Translations under genes and position numbers: made by a program
Notes under the pieces: generated by a model
The model's input: the letters and a program-made list of their open reading frames with translations, nothing else
Databases searched by the model: none
What the model was told of the DNA's origin: nothing
IMG/VR virus record: IMGVR_UViG_3300045988_072133
Location: 39,171 to 103,170 of that record
DNA length: 64,000 bases
From: a virus
Strand: one strand, 5' to 3'
In this document: in pieces, positions 38,048 through 47,263 of the stretch
How the letters are laid out: each line of letters starts with the position of its first letter
How positions within the stretch are numbered: the stretch's first letter is position 1

Positions 38048-38320
38048 ATGAGCAAATTATACGACGCACTTCAAGATCAGTTAAAGACTGAGCATAAGAA
38101 GGAAGCTGAAGATTGTATTAAAATATACAATGTACTGAAAGCTATAAGTAGAGAAAAATATGGTGAGGAACATGTACGGTCTTCAGACTGGAATGTCCTA
38201 ACTACTACTATGCTTGTTGGGAGTTATCCTAATGTAAGAAAGATGTACAAACCAAGCCCTATAGGAAAAGTATTTCTTATTGGAATATTATTCGATGAAT
38301 CAGGAGAAATAAAGCTATGA
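38048..38320 (+). CDS. hypothetical protein (90 aa)
   Basis: ORF with no recognised motif. Confidence 0.35.
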   Translation: MSKLYDALQDQLKTEHKKEAEDCIKIYNVLKAISREKYGEEHVRSSDWNVLTTTMLVGSYPNVRKMYKPSPIGKVFLIGILFDESGEIKL

Positions 38321-38538
38321 AAATGCAAAATACATATAAAGGATATTGGAGTATTGTTAAGGGCAAGACGCGGATTCTTGTACATCCTGGTCAGAGTAAT
38401 CCTTACAAACCCCACATCCTTTATCTACAACACAGATCCTCCTTGCAAGAGTAAAGTAGATTTCTACGAGATTAGGAAAGCTGTTAGATCTCTATATACA
38501 GAAGAATAACTTTTTGAATACTTTTATAGCATTGCACA

Positions 38539-38763
38539 ATGAATCTGGAAACATACGCTAAAGCTACAGAGCTTTTAGAAGAGATTAAAGAGATAGAGCA
38601 TATAGTACGCCTCTTAGAAACTGCAGAAAATCACCGCCTCCTCTGTAATCCACGTGATAAATCAACTATACAAATATCAGTATCAGACAAACTTAGAGAA
38701 GCCTTAACTACACTGCTAACAGGTGAGAAGAAACAGCTTGAGAAAGAGTTTAAAGAATTGTAA
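38539..38763 (+). CDS. hypothetical coiled-coil protein (74 aa)
   Basis: Glu/Leu/Lys-rich heptad-like sequence. Confidence 0.35.
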   Translation: MNLETYAKATELLEEIKEIEHIVRLLETAENHRLLCNPRDKSTIQISVSDKLREALTTLLTGEKKQLEKEFKEL

Positions 38764-38784
38764 TTAAGTCAAAAAAATGTAAAC

Positions 38785-39021
38785 ATGTACTCAATTTATT
38801 ACAAAGGAAAGGAATATGAAGTCTCAGAGAAGCTATTCCTTAATATATGTTTATGTATGCTTCAATTTGAGCAAGCGTCTATCATTGATAAGCCTGACCT
38901 TATCGAAGCTTTCCAAGAAAGATGTGTTCCTGAGATTCTTAAATCTCCTGATTTTGATTACTCAAGATTAGAAGATGAGAGTCTTGAAGGTGTAATTGAT
39001 ACAACCCCAATTTGCGAATGA
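38785..39021 (+). CDS. hypothetical protein (78 aa)
   Basis: ORF; last gene before the 1-kb ORF-free region. Confidence 0.35.
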   Translation: MYSIYYKGKEYEVSEKLFLNICLCMLQFEQASIIDKPDLIEAFQERCVPEILKSPDFDYSRLEDESLEGVIDTTPICE

Positions 39022-40016
39022 AAATCAAGTTCAATAACAACAAGAAATACTGGTATAAACCAGGGAAAATTTAATAGGCATAGAGTATGGTGCTCTACGC
39101 CCTATTATTCAACTCCAGAGTAAACAGGGAGTATAAATAAAGGTTGCCTCGGTAGATAGAGATTATCTATAATAGCTTTCAGGCTTAAGTAAAAGACCAA
39201 GTGAATCTTAGTGAGTAATGATTATTACAAAGCAGCTCAGCCAAAGCATTAAATGAGTAACGATGCTACCAGGTGAGTTAGGTGAAATTCCTACAACAGA
39301 TGATGCTACGAATTGTAATGATATAACCTGGATCATTAAGTACTTGCCCAAATCGAGAGTCATATTTTTCATCTCCTCAATGACTTGGTAAGAGAGGAGA
39401 TTTTTATTACTAAAGTAGTGAGCTTGGAGGTAGCTATCTTTAATGAGTAGATGAGTAGCAGTATGTGGTGAGGTATAAGTTTCACAGTTTACTCCTCAAA
39501 TAAAAACTGTAGGTATACTTAAATAATGGTGAAAGACTAGACTCGAAGTCAGGAATCTGAAATATAAGAGTAAGTAGCTAGTGAAGTCAAGTTAAGAACC
39601 TGAAAAGCCGCAGCTGGATTCCCTACAATGAAGGTAAGTTAATGACTTACGGTACTATAACTAGCAATACTTATAGTACTTCTTTAGGTGTAACAACACG
39701 CTTTAGTAATATCTAGACTATAGGAGTTTGATCGCTCCTATAGTCACCGTTTGCTTCAGAGGCTTAAGTCATACTAAGTAAATCTTGCCTGAATCTAATA
39801 AGCTGGAGTTCGAACCTATTCAATGACTTAGTAAAGAGAATAGGATTTTTATATAGTATATGAAAGAAATCAAAGAATATCAAGTGTTAGGAATAGGATT
39901 TTTAGCGATAGCTATTCTTGCAGGGTTAATCCTAATTCTTATGTAGTTTTTATTTTAGGGCCTATAGTTAAAAGCTTTAAAAAGCTATTTCGTATTATTG
40001 TCAAATTAGATGTATA
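39022..40016. other. about 1-kb ORF-free, stop-codon-dense region with iteron-like GAGTA[AG] repeats and hairpins. Candidate origin or ncRNA locus
   Basis: No ORF of 60 aa or more in any frame. Repeated (A/G)TGAGTA(A/G) units at about 39213, 39253, 39273, 39444, 39452 and 39568. Terminator hairpin at 39371-39406. Perfect 9-bp inverted repeat CTATAGGAG-tttgatcg-CTCCTATAG at about 39719-39744. Confidence 0.4.
39371..39406 (+). terminator. rho-independent terminator inside the ORF-free region
   Basis: ATCTCCTC-(15 nt)-GAGGAGAT followed by TTTTTATT. Confidence 0.5.
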
Positions 40017-40358
40017 ATGGCTAAAGAGTATACAGATCTTTGTGCATTTAAGAGATTCCTTAAATCTCACAAAATTTTTAATGAGTATAAGAAGGAACTA
40101 AGGAAACAGCATCCTCATGGATACTGGTCGAAAGAAATATCTGCACAAAGTAAAAAACATCCTACAGGGCTATATGATATCATCGGCTGTAGCCTAAATT
40201 GGATGAGCATTAGTGAATTCGAGGATCCTCCAAAAATCAATAGAGCGTGGAATAATTACTGGTTAGATCATTGTAGCATACGCTATTGGAAGAAATTCAG
40301 TAGCAGATTCCCTGACTATATGATACGAGAATTACATAACAGAGGAAAAATAAGATGA
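40017..40358 (+). CDS. hypothetical basic protein (113 aa)
   Basis: ORF with no recognised motif. Confidence 0.35.
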   Translation: MAKEYTDLCAFKRFLKSHKIFNEYKKELRKQHPHGYWSKEISAQSKKHPTGLYDIIGCSLNWMSISEFEDPPKINRAWNNYWLDHCSIRYWKKFSSRFPDYMIRELHNRGKIR

Positions 40359-40867
40359 CATCATTTGCAAATCATTTAATCATTGCTACCTATATAGGTA
40401 AAAATGAACATACTTTTAAGGTAGGAAGTAGTTATCTATTGAGGGTAGAATTCAGAGGCACAGGAATGTATCCTATAAATGTCGTCTTAGACTATGCTCA
40501 ACATTATACTTCTGTACCTTACAGGACTATTATAGACTTTTTAAAAGAATGGACTGAGATAGTTACTGTCATAGATCCTAAACTCGTTGAAAAGAGCTCT
40601 AAAGTACTTTATATCGACGATTCTGGGGACTCAGAGCTTCCTTTTGACCAGGAGGATGATGAAATCCTTAAAGACTATCGGAATCCTAAATCTAGCCTGC
40701 CTTCATTAGTTATGGATAAACCTTCCACAGATCTTGTGAGAATTCATGGGAAAATAGTCCTATCTAATGGTGCATGGGTATGTGACAAATGCCGGCAGGT
40801 GAACTTCGATCCCTCAGCTGAAAGGTGCAAATGCTGTGGTGGTAAAAGAATCTTATTCGATGAGTAG
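40355..40867 (+). CDS. protein with C-terminal RanBP2-like zinc ribbon (170 aa)
   Basis: C-terminal WVCDKCRQVNFDPSAERCKCCGGKR matches W-x-C-x2-C-x3-N-x6-C-x2-C. Confidence 0.4.
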   Translation: MTSFANHLIIATYIGKNEHTFKVGSSYLLRVEFRGTGMYPINVVLDYAQHYTSVPYRTIIDFLKEWTEIVTVIDPKLVEKSSKVLYIDDSGDSELPFDQEDDEILKDYRNPKSSLPSLVMDKPSTDLVRIHGKIVLSNGAWVCDKCRQVNFDPSAERCKCCGGKRILFDE

Positions 40868-41372
40868 AGTATTCTTTGCAGCAGATATGCACTTCGGACA
40901 TGATCGCTTAGCTATAAATAGAAGGAGAATGGATCCTACATATCATAATGAACTTATCATTGACAATTGGAATAAGACTGTCAAAAAGAATGATCTTGTG
41001 ATTATGGTAGGAGACCTAACCTTTGAAGCACCTGAGCTTATTCCTATGTATCTATCGAAACTTCACGGAAATAAGCTTCTTGTAGCAGGTAATCACGATA
41101 CAACACAATGCTGTGATGTAGTCCGCAGTTTAGGAATAAGAGTAGTAGGATGTATGAAGTATAAAGGATTTTTTGTATCCCACATACCTATTCATCCCCT
41201 GGAATTTTCATTCAGTCCTAAGGTTCGTGGAAATATACACGGCCATATTCATGATAGAGTTATCATGGATCCGAGATATTTTAATGTATCTATGGACAGA
41301 ATAGATTTTACTCCGATACTCTTTGATGATATAGAACAAGCAATTATTTTAGCCAAATCAAACCTCATTTAA
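40860..41372 (+). CDS. calcineurin-like metallophosphoesterase (about 170 aa)
   Basis: Motifs AADMHFGHD (D-x-H), MVGDLTFE (GDxx) and VAGNHD (GNH[DE]). Start taken at the ATG at 40860, which overlaps the upstream stop. Confidence 0.55.
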   Translation: MSRVFFAADMHFGHDRLAINRRRMDPTYHNELIIDNWNKTVKKNDLVIMVGDLTFEAPELIPMYLSKLHGNKLLVAGNHDTTQCCDVVRSLGIRVVGCMKYKGFFVSHIPIHPLEFSFSPKVRGNIHGHIHDRVIMDPRYFNVSMDRIDFTPILFDDIEQAIILAKSNLI

Positions 41373-41373
41373 A

Positions 41374-41742
41374 ATGTCAGAAATTTACTGGATTTCTCGA
41401 TTAGACTACATTTGTAATCTATTCATTGCGCTCTCCATAATCTTTGGAACAATAGTAGCTGTAGGAGGATTTACTCTCGTAGTTTCGGATAGGTCAGATA
41501 ATGACTATCCTACTATGCTCAAGATAGTAAAGAGATCAACCTTGATATTAGGATTTTCTTTACTTGGAGTTATATTTCTTCCTAACACAAAGCAAGCCTA
41601 TATGATTTGGGGACTTGGAGGAACTATAGATTATATCAAGAGTAACGAAACTGTTCAAAAACTGCCTGATAAAACTATCCAATGTTTGGATAAGTTTCTC
41701 GATAAATACCTCAACGAAGAAGATTCAACTCACAATCGATAG
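41374..41742 (+). CDS. membrane protein (122 aa)
   Basis: Two hydrophobic helices near the N-terminus. Confidence 0.35.
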   Translation: MSEIYWISRLDYICNLFIALSIIFGTIVAVGGFTLVVSDRSDNDYPTMLKIVKRSTLILGFSLLGVIFLPNTKQAYMIWGLGGTIDYIKSNETVQKLPDKTIQCLDKFLDKYLNEEDSTHNR

Positions 41743-41744
41743 TT

Positions 41745-41972
41745 ATGAGCCTCATAGGTAAAATCTTTAAGCTCCCTGCAAATCGTCAGAGAGCTCATGA
41801 TGAGTACTTTAAAGTAGAACGTGAGAACTTTGGTATTCTCGTATGCACAATGTTAGTTCCTGACAGACCTCATCACAAGATAACTAATCTTGTATGTGAT
41901 CCTTCAGAACTTCAGAATGCAGAAGAAATCACTACTAAGGAGTACTTAGAAGCTATGGAGAAGACTGCATAG
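41745..41972 (+). CDS. hypothetical protein (75 aa)
   Basis: ORF with no recognised motif. Confidence 0.35.
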   Translation: MSLIGKIFKLPANRQRAHDEYFKVERENFGILVCTMLVPDRPHHKITNLVCDPSELQNAEEITTKEYLEAMEKTA

Positions 41973-41978
41973 TCAGGA

Positions 41979-42049
41979 TGCGGTGTAGTGTAACGGTAAC
42001 ACACATCACTTTGGATGATGTATTTCAGGTTCAAATCCTGACATCGCAA
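41979..42049 (+). tRNA. tRNA-Gln (anticodon TTG)
   Basis: Acceptor TGCGGTG/CATCGCA, D-arm GTGT-AACGGTA-ACAC, anticodon arm CATCA-CTTTGGA-TGATG, T-arm TCAGG-TTCAAAT-CCTGA. Confidence 0.8.
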
Positions 42050-42076
42050 CAATTATTAACTAATAATAATATTATT

Positions 42077-42421
42077 ATGAAGTACAAGAAATGGACTGAA
42101 AAACGCTGTATTGAGATTATTAAAGTAATGAATCAATTTCCTGATAATCTTACTGCAGGATTTGAAGAATGTGCTAAAAAGTTTGGAGGAACTCCTCTCT
42201 ATTATAACACATCGTGGTACAAAAGTGGGCATGCCCTCTGTAAATTACGCAAGAAAATGAATAGCCTCGTTTGTACAACTCTGTCGACTACGAGCCCGAA
42301 CTACAAGAATTCTCCCAGAGTTAATGGAAAATTTCGCTCCGAGAGAGCTGAACGAATAGTGCCCACTACAGCAGAATTCTTCAAAGGATGGATATCTAGC
42401 TGTACTAAAGTCTTTCAGTAA
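42077..42421 (+). CDS. hypothetical protein (114 aa)
   Basis: The listed ORF 41978-42421 starts inside tRNA-Gln. The start is taken at the Met at 42077 (MKYKKWTEKRC...). Confidence 0.35.
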   Translation: MKYKKWTEKRCIEIIKVMNQFPDNLTAGFEECAKKFGGTPLYYNTSWYKSGHALCKLRKKMNSLVCTTLSTTSPNYKNSPRVNGKFRSERAERIVPTTAEFFKGWISSCTKVFQ

Positions 42422-42611
42422 TGATACCTAAAAAGATTCTTGTAGACCTTACTGAGTATGAATTAACAATACTCATTTGGTGTTTAGAAGAGTGTGGAAG
42501 GGCTTATACTGAAAGTGCAGATACCTTACAGACAAAGCTAAGAAATCTTCGCAGTGTTGTTCAGACACAACCTAACTTAGAGGAATAGCAATACTCTTAA
42601 CATTTATAATT

Positions 42612-43028
42612 ATGGCAATTACACGCAAAATTGGAGAGGTCTTTACGATAACAGACCCTTACTATCCATACAACACAGTATGCCTCAAAGTAAAATTGGG
42701 GAGTAGGTGTGATGAATGCTTCTTTTATAAACATTCTCTTTATAATACTTGTAATAAACCTCTCAAAGGAACAGGCTTCTGTAGTGCATCCTGTAGATCT
42801 GATAACAGAGAAGCTATATTTGTACAAGTTGCAAATAGTGTACCTGAGGATAAGACAACTATATCACAACCGAGCTGTGTCTTTTGTAGAGAAGTAAAGG
42901 AACTGAAGTATGATCTAAGTCGAGGTATTTCAACAATCTGCTCAGTACAAGGTCACCTTCCTGACGAGTTTACTATTCATCGACGATATTACTTCAAATA
43001 TTGTCCAATATGCGGTAAAAAACTGTAA
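42612..43028 (+). CDS. Cys-rich protein, RKIGExF paralogous family (138 aa)
   Basis: ITRKIGEVFTI ... CDECFFYK, plus C-terminal CxxC pairs (CVFCR, CPICGKK). Confidence 0.45.
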   Translation: MAITRKIGEVFTITDPYYPYNTVCLKVKLGSRCDECFFYKHSLYNTCNKPLKGTGFCSASCRSDNREAIFVQVANSVPEDKTTISQPSCVFCREVKELKYDLSRGISTICSVQGHLPDEFTIHRRYYFKYCPICGKKL

Positions 43029-43030
43029 CT

Positions 43031-43639
43031 ATGTCACTATCTATAGTAGAAAGAAAAATTGGGGAAGCATTCACATGTAAAGTACGCGGAACCCCTAAAA
43101 AAATAGTAGTTTACCCAGCTACTAAAGAAGGTGGTTGTGAAGGCTGTATTTTCCGAGGGCACGAGCCTAATCTTCAATGTACCATCTTAGAATATGATAC
43201 AGGACCTTGTGATGCAGATCAGCGAGTAGATCATAAGAATGTCATCTTCAAAGAACTGATTCCTGATCAGTTTGAACTCATGAGGACTATAATTTGCAGG
43301 TTAGCCTTAGAGTGGTGTTTAACTCAAATTAGTAGAAGACAATTCTACCAAGGGGTGTATATAGTGACTAAGAATCTATATCCTATGGAGATGAATATTA
43401 TTCGAAATTCACCTGCAAATATCCTCAGGAATAAGAATAATCTCACTCCTTTCTGGAATAAATTACGTGAATTAATTCAAAAGAAAATGAAGCCTATTAC
43501 TGTCAAGGACATGATTGAGTATCTGGGGACATTAGCTCCAGATTACGAGCTCCATTGCTTCAACGATGGAGAGCCTATCAGAGTTAAAGACTCTACTACT
43601 GACCACGAGAAGAAGATCGTGGAGCTCCAGTTTGAATAG
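43031..43639 (+). CDS. Cys-motif protein, RKIGExF paralogous family (202 aa)
   Basis: ERKIGEAFTCKV ... GGCEGCIFRGH. Confidence 0.45.
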   Translation: MSLSIVERKIGEAFTCKVRGTPKKIVVYPATKEGGCEGCIFRGHEPNLQCTILEYDTGPCDADQRVDHKNVIFKELIPDQFELMRTIICRLALEWCLTQISRRQFYQGVYIVTKNLYPMEMNIIRNSPANILRNKNNLTPFWNKLRELIQKKMKPITVKDMIEYLGTLAPDYELHCFNDGEPIRVKDSTTDHEKKIVELQFE

Positions 43640-43647
43640 GTAAAGGT

Positions 43648-43719
43648 GCTAGTGTAGCTTAATGGCAGAGCAGCTGATTTGTAATCAGCAGGTTGGGGGT
43701 TCGAGTCCCTTCACTAGCT
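43648..43719 (+). tRNA. tRNA-Thr (anticodon TGT)
   Basis: Acceptor GCTAGTG/CACTAGC, anticodon arm GCTGA-TTTGTAA-TCAGC, T-arm GGGGG-TTCGAGT-CCCTT. Confidence 0.8.
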
Positions 43720-43733
43720 CTTCAAATCACCAT

Positions 43734-44225
43734 ATGATGAAAGCTATACCTAAGATCGTAGGAGTAATCCTATTTTGTGGGCTTACAACGAAGCCTGCAA
43801 ACGTTCTCAACAGAGGCAGTACTGATGAGTATTCAGATACCTTAGTGCCTAAGTTTGAGATACCGCAAGAGCTTACAGTATGTGCTGTAAAGCAAGCTTG
43901 TATATACTATAACCTCCTTCATCCAGAGATTGTAGTAGCTCAATCTATATTAGAAACAGGTTATTATACCTCAAGAGTCTGCAAGGATTACAACAATATA
44001 CTTGGACTCTATGATTCTGCCAATAAGGACTATTTCAAGTTCGAAAATTGGTGGGATTCTGTAGAAGGATATAAAAACTTAGTTCAGTATAAATTAGGCA
44101 AAGATTCCTGCACAGTAGAAGAATATTACACTTTTTTAAGAGAACTGCCGTATGCAACGGACCCAGAGTACATTAACAAAATTCATACTATTGTTAGTAG
44201 GCATCAAAACACGGATGAAATATAA
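43734..44225 (+). CDS. FlgJ-type N-acetylglucosaminidase-like peptidoglycan hydrolase with N-terminal TM/signal (163 aa), candidate endolysin
   Basis: VVAQSILETGYYTS...NNILGL matches the glucosaminidase core (AQAALESGWG...NNLFGI). N-terminal hydrophobic IVGVILFCGL. Start taken at the Met after tRNA-Thr. Confidence 0.55.
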   Translation: MMKAIPKIVGVILFCGLTTKPANVLNRGSTDEYSDTLVPKFEIPQELTVCAVKQACIYYNLLHPEIVVAQSILETGYYTSRVCKDYNNILGLYDSANKDYFKFENWWDSVEGYKNLVQYKLGKDSCTVEEYYTFLRELPYATDPEYINKIHTIVSRHQNTDEI

Positions 44226-44397
44226 CTTCACAGCTATGAGATGGTTAATTCATTACTTACGACAGGTATTCTGCAAACATACCTTTGTACAAGTGGAGAC
44301 AGTAGAATACAAGAATCAGAAGGGATTTGTAGTTGTTGAGCATAATAATTACATATGCTCAAAGTGCTTATATGTTCGTCATGTAAAAATTAAGTAA
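44215..44397 (+). CDS. small zinc-finger protein (60 aa)
   Basis: CKHTF ... CSKCLYVRH. Confidence 0.3.
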   Translation: MKYNFTAMRWLIHYLRQVFCKHTFVQVETVEYKNQKGFVVVEHNNYICSKCLYVRHVKIK

Positions 44398-44729
44398 TGA
44401 TTCCACTGATAGTATTTTTAGGAATAGCTTTACTTTGGGTAACAGGAGCTATTATAGCTATGTGTGGAGGAGATCCCTCCCCAAGAAAGCTTAACAAGTG
44501 GTTTCGAAAAGCTCCACATCACCTTAAAGAACAAGCTACTGGGATTTATAGAGGCTACTACAATGCTGGAAATGATTTTGAAGAATGGGACTATGTATGC
44601 CTTATTAAATGGCGCACAATGTCCTATAGAGACAAAATTATAGGCTATAGGAAAGCTATCAAAAGTCAGTCTCTGTCCCAAGTTACTCCTTATCGTAGGG
44701 ATAACTTCAATTCATATGGAAGTGAATAA
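44397..44729 (+). CDS. membrane-anchored hypothetical protein (110 aa)
   Basis: N-terminal TM helix IPLIVFLGIALLWVTGAIIAM. Confidence 0.35.
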   Translation: MIPLIVFLGIALLWVTGAIIAMCGGDPSPRKLNKWFRKAPHHLKEQATGIYRGYYNAGNDFEEWDYVCLIKWRTMSYRDKIIGYRKAIKSQSLSQVTPYRRDNFNSYGSE

Positions 44730-44736
44730 CTGCTGA

Positions 44737-45213
44737 ATGAATAAATTACAAGCAACCTTAGCAGAATTCCAAGGAAAGCTGCTAATTCCCCTCAACTATC
44801 AGACGTACAATTCGTCGCGTGTTGAGATGATACCCCCTGAGGGGTATATGTACATTGTAGTCCAAGTGACTGAAAACTCTGTACAAATCCCGAGTGTCCA
44901 ATTTGAGATTTCTAAAAGAGATCTTATGAGGTCTATGAATCGGGATAAAGACTCTCGAATCCCGCTGGTTATATTTCTGGCAAGATTCATTCAAAGTATC
45001 CCTGAACTTCTTAAAATTTGTAAGTATCACCGCTTAGGTTATGATACCAGCAAGTATGAGAAACAGCCCTCCCTAAGTGAAGGGCCGTGGGTTGATCGTA
45101 AACGAGAGGAAGCGTTTATTATCAAAATTCTAAAGAAGAAACGGGATTGGAAGCACCTCAGAGAATATTTCAATGAGTTGAATGCTAAGAGAATGAAGTT
45201 TAAAAGAAAGTAG
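44737..45213 (+). CDS. hypothetical protein (158 aa)
   Basis: ORF with no recognised motif. Confidence 0.4.
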   Translation: MNKLQATLAEFQGKLLIPLNYQTYNSSRVEMIPPEGYMYIVVQVTENSVQIPSVQFEISKRDLMRSMNRDKDSRIPLVIFLARFIQSIPELLKICKYHRLGYDTSKYEKQPSLSEGPWVDRKREEAFIIKILKKKRDWKHLREYFNELNAKRMKFKRK

Positions 45214-45215
45214 CT

Positions 45216-45464
45216 ATGCAAATTATTGTGACAGTGAACTTGCCTGTAGCATTTAGTTTGGGCAAAGAGGGTAAAGCATGTTATCGAAAAACTATCGTTG
45301 GAGATGATGTGCTAAGATACCAGATGAATAGGTCTGTAGATGATCGCCCTGCATGGATCCTAGACCCTAAAACCTGGAAGAAAATGAGTCCTCAAGATAA
45401 GTTAAGAGCCTTCGTAGAGACTTTTAATTTAGGCTGGGGAGTAAGTTACGAATGTGTAGAGTAA
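45216..45464 (+). CDS. hypothetical protein (82 aa)
   Basis: ORF with no recognised motif. Confidence 0.35.
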   Translation: MQIIVTVNLPVAFSLGKEGKACYRKTIVGDDVLRYQMNRSVDDRPAWILDPKTWKKMSPQDKLRAFVETFNLGWGVSYECVE

Positions 45465-45497
45465 CTGAAGAAACTAATTAGATGATAAGTACATTCA

Positions 45498-46046
45498 ATG
45501 GACATAACTATTAAGGAGAAAGCGTACGAATCACAAAACCTATCCTTTAACCAAACTTGTTACTTATTATCTCTAAGGAATAGAATTACTAAGAGTGAGT
45601 TTCAGGAACTCCTGGATAAGCGTTATATCTTCATTAAGGATCACATGATTCAACTAAATGGTAAGGGATATAATGCTATTACGGAAGCAATGAGACTTTC
45701 TCGTATTGTTACAACCAATGAAGATGATGTCAAGGCTTTAGCTAAACAAATGGCTGAGAAATTTCCTGCGGGAAAGAAAATTGGCACCAACAAATATTGG
45801 AGAAGTAATTCTGCTCTTGTAGTAAAGAAGCTAACTAGCTTTTTGAAGAGATATGGTGAGTTTCCATCGGAAACTATCCTTGAGGCTACTGATGCCTATG
45901 TCAAAAGTTTTGGAATTGATACTTCCCTGATGCGAATTCTACCATATTTCATTGAGAAAGATGGCGAATCTGATCTGTTAACTACTATCGAGAATCTCGA
46001 AAATCGTGGTGATGATGGAACAGCATTTGCTGAAACTATTCTTTAA
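45498..46046 (+). CDS. hypothetical protein (182 aa)
   Basis: Immediately upstream of the helicase with ATGA coupling. Confidence 0.4.
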   Translation: MDITIKEKAYESQNLSFNQTCYLLSLRNRITKSEFQELLDKRYIFIKDHMIQLNGKGYNAITEAMRLSRIVTTNEDDVKALAKQMAEKFPAGKKIGTNKYWRSNSALVVKKLTSFLKRYGEFPSETILEATDAYVKSFGIDTSLMRILPYFIEKDGESDLLTTIENLENRGDDGTAFAETIL

Positions 46047-47263
46047 TGAGCATATTTGATAGAGTATTTCAGGACTTAATACAGCGTAAGGAAAGGATCT
46101 CTAAAGGTCTCCTAAACTGTATACCATGTCCATTTCCAAGATTTAGAGAAGTATTTCCTGGTATTGAACAAGGCAAGTTCTTGTTATTTTCAGCAAATAG
46201 TAAAATTGGGAAAACTCAGATAGCAGATAGTATGTGCTTATATGAACCACTATTTTATGCTATAGAACATGATAACATTCACGTTCGTTGGCATTATTTT
46301 AGCTGGGAGATGTCTGCAGAACAAAAGTATAGGCAATTCATTTGTCATCTTTTATACAGATTATCTGATGGTAACATTCATATAGATACTAAACAATTAC
46401 GTTCTGTAGATATAAATAAACCACTGCCTGATGAAATTTTACAATTATTACAAGAAGATAAATACCAAAAATATATTCGATATTTTGAGGAACATGTAAC
46501 AATTATTGATGATATTCGAAATCCGACTGGAATAAAAATTTACCTTGAGGAATATGCTGAAAAAAATGGTAAGATACATTTTACGACAAAAACTTTTTAT
46601 GATAATCAAGGTACAGAAAAATTCTCACGTAAGATTTTCGATTATTATGAACCTGATGATCCTGAACTTTATAATATAGTAATCTTTGATCATATATCTC
46701 TTATTTCTTTAGAAAAGGGATTAAATCTTAGAGATACTATAGAAATGTTCTCAAATAAGCATCTTGTATATTTACGAAACAGATTTAATTACACTTTCGT
46801 AGTTATCCAGCAGCAAGCAGCATCTCAAGAGTCCAATGAGAATTTTAAAATGGATAAATTGAGACCTACGGCGGATGGATTAGGAGATTGTAAAACAACG
46901 TTTAGGGATGCTGACTTATTCTTTGGATTATATTCTCCGTATAGATACAAGATAGCGGAATATCTAGGTTATGACATCAAATTCTTTAAGGATAATATAA
47001 GATTCTTAGAGCTTATTGGTGGACGTGAGGGTGGAGGAGGAAATGTATGTCCTCTCTACTTTGATGGTGCAGTAAATTTCTTTAAAGAACTTCCTCTCCC
47101 AAAGGATGAGAAAGGTTTAGCAAAGGTATACTCATTATTAAGGTCCCTCAGAGGTGGTGGAGCTTTAGTTGCAACAACTCTTAGCTCTCTTCATTCCAAA
47201 TTTAAACTTTATGGCAAAAGTAGTAGGAATCTTTGGCTTTTCTGGAGATGGAAAGACTACTAG
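46046..47263 (+). CDS. DnaB-like (SF4) replicative DNA helicase, RecA-fold domain (405 aa)
   Basis: Walker A FSANSKIGKTQIA, Walker B VIFDHISLI, FVVIQQQAASQ and ADLFFGLY blocks typical of DnaB/T7 gp4-type helicase cores. Confidence 0.7.
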   Translation: MSIFDRVFQDLIQRKERISKGLLNCIPCPFPRFREVFPGIEQGKFLLFSANSKIGKTQIADSMCLYEPLFYAIEHDNIHVRWHYFSWEMSAEQKYRQFICHLLYRLSDGNIHIDTKQLRSVDINKPLPDEILQLLQEDKYQKYIRYFEEHVTIIDDIRNPTGIKIYLEEYAEKNGKIHFTTKTFYDNQGTEKFSRKIFDYYEPDDPELYNIVIFDHISLISLEKGLNLRDTIEMFSNKHLVYLRNRFNYTFVVIQQQAASQESNENFKMDKLRPTADGLGDCKTTFRDADLFFGLYSPYRYKIAEYLGYDIKFFKDNIRFLELIGGREGGGGNVCPLYFDGAVNFFKELPLPKDEKGLAKVYSLLRSLRGGGALVATTLSSLHSKFKLYGKSSRNLWLFWRWKDY

